From assembly GCF_018977255.1 (NCBI RefSeq), contig NW_024704742.1, forward strand, positions 108,998,001 through 109,062,000: a DNA stretch of 64,000 nucleotides, read 5' to 3'. Within the stretch, counting starts at the first letter, position 1; each line of letters begins with the position of its first letter. Origin of the DNA: Callorhinchus milii. Lineage: Eukaryota. A program made the position numbers and the translations under genes. Of this stretch, positions 39,592 to 50,993 are shown piece after piece. Below the pieces are notes generated by a model, which made no database searches, was not told the DNA's origin, and worked only from the letters and a program-made list of their open reading frames with translations.

Positions 39592-39718
39592 CTTGTATTT
39601 TAAAGACCACATCAGCCAAGACGAGCGATTTGAAGAAAAGGCTTAGGGTGCAGCAGTGGCTTTCAGGCAATCTTTTTGCATTTGATCTTCTAGTGGTGAC
39701 AGGGCTGGAACACAGCAT
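39592..39718 (-). CDS. RHOBTB3: RHOBTB3 coding exon (127 nt)
   Basis: cttccAG|MLCSSPVTTRRSNAKRLPESHCCTLSLFFKSLVLADVVFKIQ; G|GTAC; phase 0/1. Confidence 0.9.
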
Positions 39719-41861
39719 CTGGAAGATAGGAAACAAACACAGCTAGATTTCATCATTCCTGTTTCCTCAGACAGCTCTTTCAACTCTGTCGATTGAATCT
39801 TCCAAAATCAGAATTGAGGTTCTAGCAAAATATTTAAGCATGGGTCTGGGAATTATAGTTTCCATGAGTGAGTCTATGTGCAGCTGCACAACGCTGAATA
39901 CTTTTGCTTGTTCCAATACTCCCGTGACCTGGTTGACTGCCCATTCCCTGGGGATACCAGCCTATATTTGTCGAGGAAATAGGATGTGCCACCAGCAGTG
40001 ATCTGAGAGCTATTTGTAACAGTGATTTCCCATTCTGGTGATGCAGTATTATTGTTATTTAAAGAATACTTCCCCAACTATTGCACACAGTTCCATATGA
40101 TCAAATGCCAGATGTTTCACTAGCTACATTATTCATTCGAGTTCAGTGTTAGACAATTCCCACAATTAGAGCAGCCACTTTGTAAATACAATTTGCAGTT
40201 TTCCTTAAAATGTTCCTTAATTTATATAAGGAACACCAACAGTGGTGCCTTTGTCTAGGGATTTCACTTAATGTTACTATCCAAGAATTAATCTGCCAGG
40301 AAGGGCCGAAATGCATGCTCTACTGGGCCAAATCATTAACTTTCATGGATCAGGCAGGCATAAATAAGCCCGTAGCCTCTGGGCTCTGGGCCCATAACAA
40401 ATGTAATTTTTTGGGTCTGGCAGAGCACAAATTTGTGCCTTCCTAGGTAGATATGCTCCCAGAAAATCAACATTCATCAAAGAAAATAACCTTGAGTCCA
40501 ATGTACGCAATATAATCGTAATCACTTCGGGATAACAAAGCACTGGAACCCTGAGCAGAATGTCCCTGGAGAACGTACCTGAGAGGAACGTCCCTGGAGA
40601 ACTTACCTGGCACCCACTAGTGTTCTTTAAAAGGTTCTTTAAACAAGAAACACTTTAAGGAATACTGCAAATTTTGTCCCATTATTATCTGGTATCAAAG
40701 ATATTTTTTAAATTAGTTAGTTACAAATTGTTTCAAATGTTCATTCCATGTGCAGGCTGATCACTAATTACTGTTAACACTGTTTAAAAGTTCCATTATA
40801 CCTTATACATTGTAAAGAGAAAGCTTGCTGCTTTGTGTTAGTTTACACAAAACACACTGTTAAATGACAAAATATTACCAGAATGCAATATCTGATATGT
40901 CTCAAATCGCTGCACAGAATTTAATATAAGGTGTAGTGACTGTGTCCTTGTAGCAAACACAATAGCCAACTTCTGTGAAGTGCTTTGAAGCATCCTTCCG
41001 ATGTGAAAACCACTATATTAGATGCCAGGATTATTATTTATTGTTAATGTCCCACAAACAACCAGTTTGTGAGTAACCAATTTTATTTGCAGGGTTGTTG
41101 GCCAAAAACCTTCTTTTTCTTTTCGAATAGTGCCATGGGATCTTTACATCCACCGGGACAGGTAGACTTGTTGAATATTCTAGTCTAAGGATTGAGGTGT
41201 TTTTTTCATGTAAAAGAGTTTGACGAGCTTGTTGCTGACAAAGGTGAACATGGATCTGAGTGTGAATTTTGATCATGAATTAAATACTTTGAATCAATGA
41301 AGTGAAGTAGGAGTAGGAGACGTTCCAGCGCTTTAGGACGTCCTCCTGATGTGAAAGGCGCTCTATAAATGTAATGTTGTTGTTGTTGATGTTAAAAAGA
41401 TCAACAACGATGATCCCTAAGTGAAGAAATTCCACCTGTATTTAGATTTACTCTGTTTATTTTAGAGTGTTCAGAATTTGGCAAATTCTTATATATTGTC
41501 TTCATTTTGAAGCAAGTCCCACGAAAGGTCATGAAGCGAAGACCAATTAGTCCAGACAAAAATATGTAGAACAGATTCCCAACAGTTTATACTGTTGAAT
41601 AGCTCCCTTAAATAACTACCCAAAATCTGGATAAGCATGGACGTATGTAAGGATGTAGGAAATGTTGCAGAACGAAATGAACAAATACTCCATGGAACGC
41701 GATTTCTATGCTGTTGGGGCCAAGAGGGGGGGGAAGGTTAAAAGAAGTCAGATTTCCTGCTGGTTCTTTCTCTCTACGTTTGATGTGAAAATGTCCACTT
41801 TGGCAGTGCTTTTTCTGCTGCACCAGACAGTAGTACTGTGTAAAATCAATCGACTGCGTAC

Positions 41862-41974
41862 CTTATCATTACATGGGACGAGACATTTTACAATCTCCAG
41901 TACGTGCTTGGCTTGTTCTGCGTTTGTCAGCTTCTTACACAGGGTGGATTCTAGCTCCTCCCAAAGGTCAGCCC
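41862..41974 (-). CDS. RHOBTB3: RHOBTB3 coding exon (113 nt)
   Basis: (G)ADLWEELESTLCKKLTNAEQAKHVLEIVKCLVPCNDK; phase 1/0. Confidence 0.9.
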
Positions 41975-42619
41975 CTAGTGACAGATTGGGAGAAAAGAAA
42001 ATTCAGTTTTATCACCAGCACAATGATTTGAAACAAATGCAAAAAAAAAGAGCGATTCTCTGAGTTTGCAAATGGGGAAGAGGAAGTGGGAGGGGAGAGG
42101 AGAGTGCAACTGGCTGGGCATTAAAATGTCTGGAGATATCATCTAAGAATGGCAAATCTCCTAAACATATGCTCCCAAGGTTGGTAAATAGAATTGTTCC
42201 TCCTATTGTCCTATTGTTTTTAACTTTACAATCTTTCTTTTGATAGGATTCTATTATTGCACATAAAGTTATTCATTTATCTCTTTAATTTTTTTAAGTT
42301 TCTGGCAAGTTGAAACGTTTCGTCATATGCTGTTGTGTAGCAGATCCTTCAGTAGTCCATCAAAGGTCAGCCTCTCACAAGAACTTTTTCCCGCTGCTTG
42401 AGTGGGGAATGATTTATCTTTTTAAAGTACTACGGCACTGTCAATGTGGGAAGATCTTCAAGCTCTCATGACTGAAATAGTCTGACAATATACTGGAATA
42501 ATTTATAACATTCATGTCAAGGAGCATTTTACTCCTACTGTGCAAATGCATGGGAGAGTGTGCATGGGCGGAATGCATAGGAAGTAACATCGACAGTGAC
42601 CTGTCAACCTGGAAGTTTA

Positions 42620-42925
42620 CAAAGATTTACAAAGAATGTACAGCTAGGAAACAGTCTACGCCAGTGTTTGTACTCCATACAAGTCTCCATCCATTCCTTT
42701 AATCCCTCCCATAAGCTTCTATTCCCTTCTCCCTTACATGAAGGTCGAACATCCTCTTGAAACCATCTATACTATTTGATTCAACTTCCGCTTCAGGTAG
42801 CAAGTTTCACCATCTCACTATCATTTCTGTGAAGTAGTTCCTCCTAAATTCTCTTTTAGAGTCCCCCTAGTCACTATCTTATACTTGTGTCCCCTGGTTA
42901 TCGAATCCCAAACTAGTGGAAATAG
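42620..42925 (-). mobile_element. CR1 3' fragment
   Basis: ggtagcaagtttcaccatctcact...tgtgaag, atacttgtgtcccctggtt. Confidence 0.7.
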
Positions 42926-43534
42926 CCACAAATTGACCATTGGACCTAACCAACCGCACTGTAACAAGGTTCCTCTGAATACCTAACCCAAGCCATAAAT
43001 AGAGTTCCTGTGGGTCAGGGTTTCCACATGTGGTCACTAGCAGGAATTACTGTCTGCAATCTCCTGTCACAAACAGCATTTTTTCAAACCCAACAAAGAG
43101 AGTTTGATAATTTTTCTGACTCAGCTCAATGAACAGACATAAGGTAAACACAATGGACCCAAATTTCACCTATTCTTAAACCTTGGAAGACCATTTTGAT
43201 TGCACAGAATGGTGGAAAAGTCTTCAATTCGGGCTTAATTTAGCATCTGCACAAAATATACAAAATACACAGTCAATTCACTTTACAGTGTATTCTGTGA
43301 AACGTTTTGAGACATCTCGAAGACGTGATAAGGCATTATATCAAATGCAAGGATTATTATTATTATCTGTTTTTAGTGTTAGTAAAAATGGGAGTGTTTA
43401 GACAATGCAAAACAACAGCAACAATACATTTGTATAACACCTTTCACGTTGAAGGACGTCCCAAGGCGCTGTGACGCCCACACTCAATATTTTTGATATT
43501 GTTTCTTAAGTGCTCACAGGTACAGTTCACATAC

Positions 43535-43900
43535 CTGTGTAAATGAACTTCAAGATCTCTGGGTAGCTGGCACACAGCAGCGAGTCTCTAATGATAACTC
43601 TTATAGGGTGTCTGTTATAATGTAGATCTTGGTTAGGAGCCAGCTTAATGTCCTTTGGGTCTGTGACAAACAGATCGAGAGTGCTTCTTCCTGAAGAGTC
43701 ATCGAGTTCACAGGCATTCGCCACACCAAACAGGAACATAAAAACCTGGCTCACTGTGCACAGCACAACCCTATGAGCTCTGGCCACTTCTTGTCCACCT
43801 TTGCAACAAAATGCCACATCTGCACACTGAGAGCTATAGAAAAGGCCCAATAGGTCACAGTGGTACCGCGAGTCTTCAATCTTCAAACAAGGCAGCTTGA
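43535..43900 (-). CDS. RHOBTB3: RHOBTB3 coding exon (366 nt), first BTB domain
   Basis: KLPCLKIEDSRYHCDL...CADVAF...AHRVVLC...EILKFIYT; phase 1/1. Confidence 0.96.
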
Positions 43901-44752
43901 CTGTGAGAAAAAGACAAACAGGAAAGACAGTTAATGACAAGCATGCTTAAATACCAAAGATAATAGATAACAACTTGTGAGATTTCTAAAGGGAATCCTT
44001 AGTAAGGAATCTTTGGGAAGTTTGATGGGTAGATGAGTGAGACTAATAATAATAAAAATAATAAAAAGCGCTTCACAAGGTTTTACATTAATGTGCAGTG
44101 AATGTGTATTTTGTATGCGAACAAAGCAACTAATTTGCACGCAGAAATATCCTCCACAAGATATGAAGTTAATGACCAATTTTATTTGGGGAATTGTTGC
44201 CTAGAACACTGGAGAAACTCCCTTCTTTATTTGAAATAGTGCCATGAGATCAATAACTTGAAGGCTACCCTGCGTGATGGGCTCTTTATAAATGCAAGTT
44301 GTTGTTGTTGTTTAACAGGCAGATAGAACCTTGGTTTAACATCTCATTTGAAGGACAGCACCTCTAACAATACAGTGAAACCCCAGCAGTGCACTGGATT
44401 GTCAACAACAAATTACATTTATACAGCATCCTTCACATGAGGTAGTATCGAAGAATGCTTAACAGTGGTGGAGTTTGATGCTGTCCCGGGGAGAGAGGGA
44501 TGGTGACCATTGACACGGTCAAAGAGGAAGGTCGTCTTCAGATGCAATCTGAAAACAGGCAAGGAGGAAGCAAGGCACAAACAGTCATGGATTGAATAAA
44601 AGAAAGGCAAAAAAAAAACTACCTTTCTTTCATTCCATCCCTACTACAGACCCATAAGGCAACGGCATTTCACTACTACATCTCCTCATACCTGTTTCTC
44701 TGAGGTGACCCTCTTACCTGGCTCTGTTACTCACTGTCTGATCTCCTCTTAC

Positions 44753-44864
44753 CTGGCTCTGTCAGTCGAGGTGGTGGTGCTACGTGAAGCCTGCTACTCC
44801 TTTTCTTTTTCTTATCTTTCTGAGAAGATTTTTGCTTCAAGCTCTGAATGATAAAGTATTCCAA
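44753..44864 (-). CDS. RHOBTB3: RHOBTB3 coding exon (112 nt), basic/proline-rich linker
   Basis: ttgcAG|LEYFIIQSLKQKSSQKDKKKKRSSRLHVAPPPRLTEP; CAG|GTAAGA; phase 0/1. Confidence 0.93.
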
Positions 44865-46342
44865 CTGCAAAATTGAACCCAGAAGTATATGAACGAAGAC
44901 TAATATACCATACAACCACTGAATAAAAGAGTGCATATGTAGGTGCCAAGTAATCAGTTGGGAAGATGGGTTCTAGCGCCAATTGGATGATCTCCCAAAA
45001 TGCAAATAAGCAAAACTGTAGAAATCTAAATCTTAGCAAATCAGTGAGGTCCTTTGCAGCAATGAATACATTATCTGCATACCACATTTCATGAAAAAAA
45101 CTATTTGACCTTCAGTTTCTGTTGATACGACCATCCATGTTAAGACTTTCACAAAACTGTAAAATCAATAAACAACAGCAACAACAACAGCAAAATTACA
45201 TTTGTAAAGCGCCTTTCACGTCGGGAGGACATCCCAAGGCGCTGAACAGTCAGGGATCAGGAAACAAAAGCCAAAGTCTGCAGGAATAAAAGGTATTATG
45301 ACCAACACCTAGCAGTCACATGTAAATATGCATTTGCTGACCAACCATAGCCAATAAAATATGATTGGGAAACACTGGATATTTTTAAATGTACTAATAC
45401 TTTATGAAATCAAATGGAGACTCCAATTCCTATTCATTTATGTGACAGATAATCCATTTGATTTAACATTAAAGTTTATGATAGTAATACCAATTTCTCC
45501 CTCCTGCGACCAGAAAAAAAGGGAGTTAGGAAAGGAGTGTTAATAGGAAAATATTAAAAAGCCTTTAATTAACATTAACACACCTTACCATTAAAATATT
45601 TGCAGCCATAAACCTGGCGTCAGAGCTAAAAACATATTTTGATATTATCAAAGCCCACTGTTTGTCCAACATATTTTGTTGTTGTTGATATAATGTATGT
45701 CCCATACATTACAGGGCATTTGTCACCAAATTAAGAAAGAACAAACTCACATACACGTATATCCATCATACTTCCTTTATAATTCTGAACTGTACACACT
45801 ACAATCACTATACACTACAGTCCTTGAACTTCGGCTATCAGTCACTTTAACTCTAATAATGTCTTAATTATACATAAAGTGATCAAAATAGATCTGAGTA
45901 TCAAAAAGCACCTCATAGCAATGACCAGAATTTGTTGCACAATTTAACTAAAATTATGGAAATTGCTGGGGACCAGGCTAAAGCTAAGTTACTGGAGTGC
46001 AAATTTGTTAAACCAAATTAGTTTTAGGTCAATAATCAGGATTCTGGACATAATGCAAATGTGTATATATGTGCAGCATATCAGGTCTTGATAAAAGATT
46101 CATAATGTTGTGTAGATAAAGGATTATAATTGCAGCTTTCTAATTCAGCAATTCAAACAGAGATCTATTTTTAAACAGTTTTGCTCACTGGGGCTCACTT
46201 TTTACATGTTTTGTCCTATTTGAAGGATTTGAAAATAGCTGTTTTGCAAATCTCTCAAATCAAATAACTTCTAAAAGCAGCAATTAACAAACCAATTATG
46301 TGGTTTACAAAGATCACAACTTAGACTCCCATTGGTTTCTCT

Positions 46343-46524
46343 GCTCAAAGCTCAATATAGCCTTATAACAAATAACTGAAACTAGATCACTTGTAAGACT
46401 ACAATACAGCTCATTACAGATTAGTTAGGTCATCTTCAGAAAGGTCTCTGTAATCAGCTGTAATGTATCCTTGCATATGATCTAGTTTCAGCTATTTGCT
46501 ATAAGGCTACATTGAACTTTGAGC
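46343..46524. repeat. Long imperfect inverted repeat (MITE-like)
   Basis: ~76-bp arms gctcaaagctcaatatagccttata... / ...tataaggctacattgaactttgagc, short loop. Confidence 0.85.
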
Positions 46525-47108
46525 TCAAGGACATGGCTAACATACCTGAAGCAGAAGAAAGGTCTTTCAGAGAGTAAGTTGCTAAAAGTCCAAGATAAGT
46601 CAGATCTGAGTTACAACAACAACAATAATAATAATCCTTGCCTTTATATAGTACCTTTGACGTCTGGATGATGTTGCAAATGCTTCACAAGATTTACTGT
46701 TAAGTGTAGCAAGAGTATTTTGTAGCCCACTAATGAATTATAGGTATTAAATTTGAGACTTTTTAAACATTGGATATAATTATCATTTCTGCCAATAAAT
46801 ATCATCACCTAAGCAGAACTTGTAGTATTTAACTTTACTCGGAGGCAGTACAAAACTCCCATAGATTACTGCCTCCCAGATCAGCTTTTACACTTCGACT
46901 GACAGTCATTCTTAGATTTATTTCATTTTACTTTCTAGCCTCTTCCTTTCTTTGGTTTAATACTTGTTTTCTAGGTGGGATTTGCCAACCAGGGACAAAA
47001 TCTGTGCTCTCTCCTAATGCTAGTAACTTTTTTACCATTCAAACGAGAATGCTAAAAGTTGTAGGCCAGAGTTTGCACCCATCCTCACACTTAGAAACCA
47101 AATATTAA

Positions 47109-47353
47109 GTGAAATAAAAACAGAAGTCGCTGGGAATGCTTAGCAGGTCAGGCAGCATCTATGGAGAAAGGAAAGTGAATCAGAGTTTTGGGTCCACGAC
47201 CTTTCGTCAGAACGTTCTGACGAAGGGTCGTGGACCCAAAACGTTGACTCAGTTACCTTCCTCCATAGATGCTGCCTGACCTGCTGAGCGTTCCCAGCGA
47301 CTTCTGTTTTAGTTTCAGATTTCCAGCATCTGCAGTATTTTGAATTTTGTTTA
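47109..47353. mobile_element. Palindromic Penelope-type repeat
   Basis: 97-bp arms centred on aac|gtt (47213/47214); flanked by the direct repeat caaatattaa (47099-47108, 47354-47363); family assignment from recalled shark repeats. Confidence 0.7.
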
Positions 47354-48939
47354 CAAATATTAAATATTTTGTCAATAACTCTGCACAACTATTATCTGCA
47401 TTTCATTTATCAGGGATGTGTGTGATTTACTGGTATCTGGACATGTTTTGAATACACAAAACAATAGCAGGAAATCGGCAGAGACTTTTTTTAATATATA
47501 TTTTCAAATAATTACATAAATTGATTGACAACTATGATTCCACAGGTGTCAGGTACTCGTTTCACTCAAGTGGCAACTATTCATGTGTGAGGTTTGACAA
47601 CGAATGTCAGCAGCTATTCACAAGATCATAAGAAATGTGAGGACAAAGAAGGCCCTTTGATCTTATCCTTCCAAAATTCTTCAATCACGCTTCTTGGCAA
47701 ACCACTTCAGTCGTTAATAATTCTCTCTGTAACAAAATATTTTCCGGCTCCTGGCTTGAAATTGCCCTTTACAACACTGAACCTGTGTCCTCTTGTGCTG
47801 AAAGAAGCGTCTTTACCACTACTGGGGCAACTGCAGAGCTAAACACTAATGAAATATCCAAAGGGGTATTTTGAAACCTGCTCACATGTAGAAAGACACA
47901 CTGTCATAATGATGGATATGTCATAGATTTTTTTTGAAAGAATCTGAGATACAGATAGGAAGTGTTAGAGGAACATCGCCACTGGAAACAGTCACCAAAT
48001 TAAAATTACACTTTGCACTCACGAGTCTCCAAATGTTCCCAGAATAGAAATACTTAGGGATTGAATTACAAACAATATTCAGTACCTGCAGATTCGCAGA
48101 AAGTATTGCTCCCCACAGCAATATTTGTTAAAGGATCTGTGTCATTCCAGCAAATGAAATCTGATTCAATGCTCTCAAAGCATTTTACTGTTTGCTCTCC
48201 TTGACTTCCCTTTCATCCCAGCTAATATGCAGGGAAGCAAGCTATGCCAGCAACGATGAATAAGCAGCTGCTAGGAGGTACATAAGAGCAGCTCAAGGTG
48301 ACTTGTCTCTCTTATTCTTCCTCTCTCGCAGTGGGAAAGTGCCTGTGTCTGAACATGTTGGTCAAAGCAGATCAGGAACTTGCCATGTGGTAAAGGTCTG
48401 AAGCCACATCCCTCCCACTCCATGCCACACTCAGGAGCTCCAACAACTCACAGAATGTGTATTTAAAATGAGTGGCGATTACCAAAATAACTCACCAACT
48501 TATAGTTTAGATTAATATATAAAAATATTAATGAAACATCCACAAATGAACACATCTTATGCAAGGACAGTGTTTCCTTGAATTAACTCCAGGATCCAAC
48601 ACAGGAAAGCTTCCAGTTAATGATCAATATTGTAGTATTACTGAGTAACCAATAAGGTCCAAATAGCCTGAGCTTAGTCACTCCAAATTACAGACGCTTT
48701 CATATAACCAGCTATGTTTAGTTATTAATGCTAGTCTCATTGTTTTCTCTCCTTGAATTCCCATGGTGAAGTATATTTCAGCTAACTGATAACACATACA
48801 CTAACAACATTAGTAAAGAAGAAAGGATGTCTTCTTCCAGCTATTCATCTAATCAGTGAATTATGAGTAAAATAATTAATACTTTGAAACAATGAAAATG
48901 GAAATAGGTTCTCAATGAAAGCATTACACATATACTCAC

Positions 48940-49097
48940 CACACCTCCAAAGTACTTCCCTACATAGAAGTCGTTGAGACTGTGAAGTTCCAGGTAGGTG
49001 GCTCCAATTTCTTTTGAGAGTTGAAGACCCTCACAGGAAGGAACGTAGCTCCCTTTATCTGATGTACACAAGGGGCATGAGCATGGAGGTCCATCCT
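48940..49097 (-). CDS. RHOBTB3: RHOBTB3 coding exon (158 nt), end of the Rho-like domain; most 5' exon found
   Basis: DGPPCSCPLCTSDKGSYVPSCEGLQLSKEIGATYLELHSLNDFYVGKYFGGV; caacAG / GTGAGT; phase 1/0. Confidence 0.95.
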
Positions 49098-50239
49098 CTG
49101 TTGAAAATATTTATATTTGGCTTAGTCGAACGATTTTTGAATCTGCCAAACAAATGCACTTGAACTATTTTGCACAGACAGAAATAAAACTTATAAAATA
49201 AATTGACAGCCTGAAAGCAGAAATGGATGCTGTGTTTATAGCACAATGCTGTCACAGCAATTTGCCAAGAAAAGTGATGTGTAAACCAGGATTGCCAGTG
49301 CCTCACTGCTGAGATGATCCTAAAAAAGAACTTTCAGGAGTACATCTGTTCAAAAATCTACTCACCAAGTACTAGGAAGATTTTGAGCAGAACAAAATAC
49401 CTTTAAAGGGACTTTTACAAAAAAAAATTAATCAACGTGACCAGTTCTTTAATAACAATAAGAAACATACACTTTTCACAGCACTGGCTGTGTGTTCGGT
49501 TGTGCACACTCAGAATGCCAATATGTATCTTAGATTTTTAACAGTGTGACCGGAAACATGAAGTACAACTCAGACCTCCAACGCCACATTGCTGTCCTGT
49601 TGGATACTGCCTCACCTTGCAGTATGAACACAGCGTTAATATATAAACGTGAAGCAAGAGCATCTGATAGACTTGGAAGCATGTTCATTATGAGAAAAAT
49701 TGCATTGGCAATAAACATTACTAATATATTTGTAATAGAGAATATTCATCATTAGCACTAAATTATTGCAAAGCAGTAATTCAATTCAATAGTTTTGATA
49801 AGATTTTTAACACTGAGACCAAAGCTCAAGTATATATATATAGTTCTTATATATTATATATTTTTTATCCTTTATTCTAATGAGCTTTATCACTAACCTA
49901 AGATTAAATTGCTGTCTAAAACCCATTGTCAGAGAATTATTTACCTTGATTATTTACTTTGCAAGGTTCATCCACAGAACACAGCCAATATATCCCGTGA
50001 ATTTTGGGATATCCTCCTGACATGAAATAGCTATACCAATTATTATATTGTGCTACAGGTGCAGTGAGAACTGCTGCTTACAGCTTTGGCGCTCAGGAAC
50101 ACTGACAATTCTGGGCAACTGAATAATAGGTATATAATTGCTCTTGAGAAGGTTGAGTGGTGAGCCATCAAGATAATTGCATCAAGGTATCAGAAATCTA
50201 AGCTACGGGGAGAGGTTGAGGAAGTTTGAATTGTTTTTT

Positions 50240-50470
50240 GGTTTGCACATTTGGTTTGCAAGTCACAGGAAGCTTTGAGGTAACCTGCTTGAAGTTTTCA
50301 TGATTCTGAAAGCGATTGACAGAGTTGATCCCGAAAACGTTTTTCACCACAAACGATAGAATCAATAACAGAGGACCCAAGTTACACATTAAGAAGTTGG
50401 AAGTAAGAGGTAACAAATTTACCTAATAAGTTGCCAGAGAATGTCATTCAAGTAGATACAGTATAAATGG
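50240..50470 (+). mobile_element. Old CR1 fragment
   Basis: gaggtaacctgcttgaagttttcatgattctgaaagcgattgacagagt resembles the CR1 RGDLIEVFKI..G.DRV region. Confidence 0.6.
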
Positions 50471-50481
50471 GTTTATTAAAA

Positions 50482-50528
50482 TCTCAGCCTTTTGGCTAAG
50501 ATCATTGCAGTATCTGTTCTTATCAGTT
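50482..50528 (+). pseudogene. RNU2: U2 snRNA 5' fragment (about nt 7-54)
   Basis: tctcagccttttggctaagatcattgcagtatctgttcttatcagtt vs U2 tctcggccttttggctaagatcaagtgtagtatctgttcttatcagtt; no Sm site or 3' half. Confidence 0.93.
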
Positions 50529-50681
50529 ACCCCTTGTGGGAGCGGCAGGGAAGGAGATAAAGGCTCGCAGTCCTGTAAAATGACAGCAGAGCCGCGGCTA
50601 GCCCACTAAGCGGGAACAGAACCCTGGCAGGGACGCCCTAGTGATGGGTGGGACCGGACGGGTTTCTGCTGGTAGGTGTGT

Positions 50682-50993
50682 CTGTGACCTGTGGTCACAG
50701 TCTTAAGATATCTACCAAAAGAAGCAGAGGGGAGGTTAGAAGAATTTTTTTCACTCAGCGAGTTGTTCGAATTTGGAATGATCTGCCTGAAAGGGTAGTG
50801 AAGTCCGATTCGATAACAGCTTTTAAGAGAGAACTGGAGAGGTATCTGGGGAAGACGGGTTTGCAGGGTTATGGGGAGAAAGCTGGTGATTGGGGTTAGT
50901 GAAAGTGACTTGCTCTGTCAAAGAGCCGGCACAGACTCGATGGGCCGAATGGCCTCCTTCTGTGCCGTAACATTCTACGAATCTAAAATCTAT
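50682..50993 (+). mobile_element. Young CR1 3' end
   Basis: GHSLKI...RRIFFTQRVVRIWNDLPERVV..FKRELERYL, then gatgggccgaatggcctccttctgtg tail. Confidence 0.92.

Noticed and set aside
40549..40610. 28-bp tandem duplication
   Set aside because: Two copies only; ordinary slippage with no evident function.
50482..50528. Functional U2 snRNA gene
   Set aside because: Only ~47 nt, altered at the branch-pairing region, and lacks the Sm site and 3' stem-loops.
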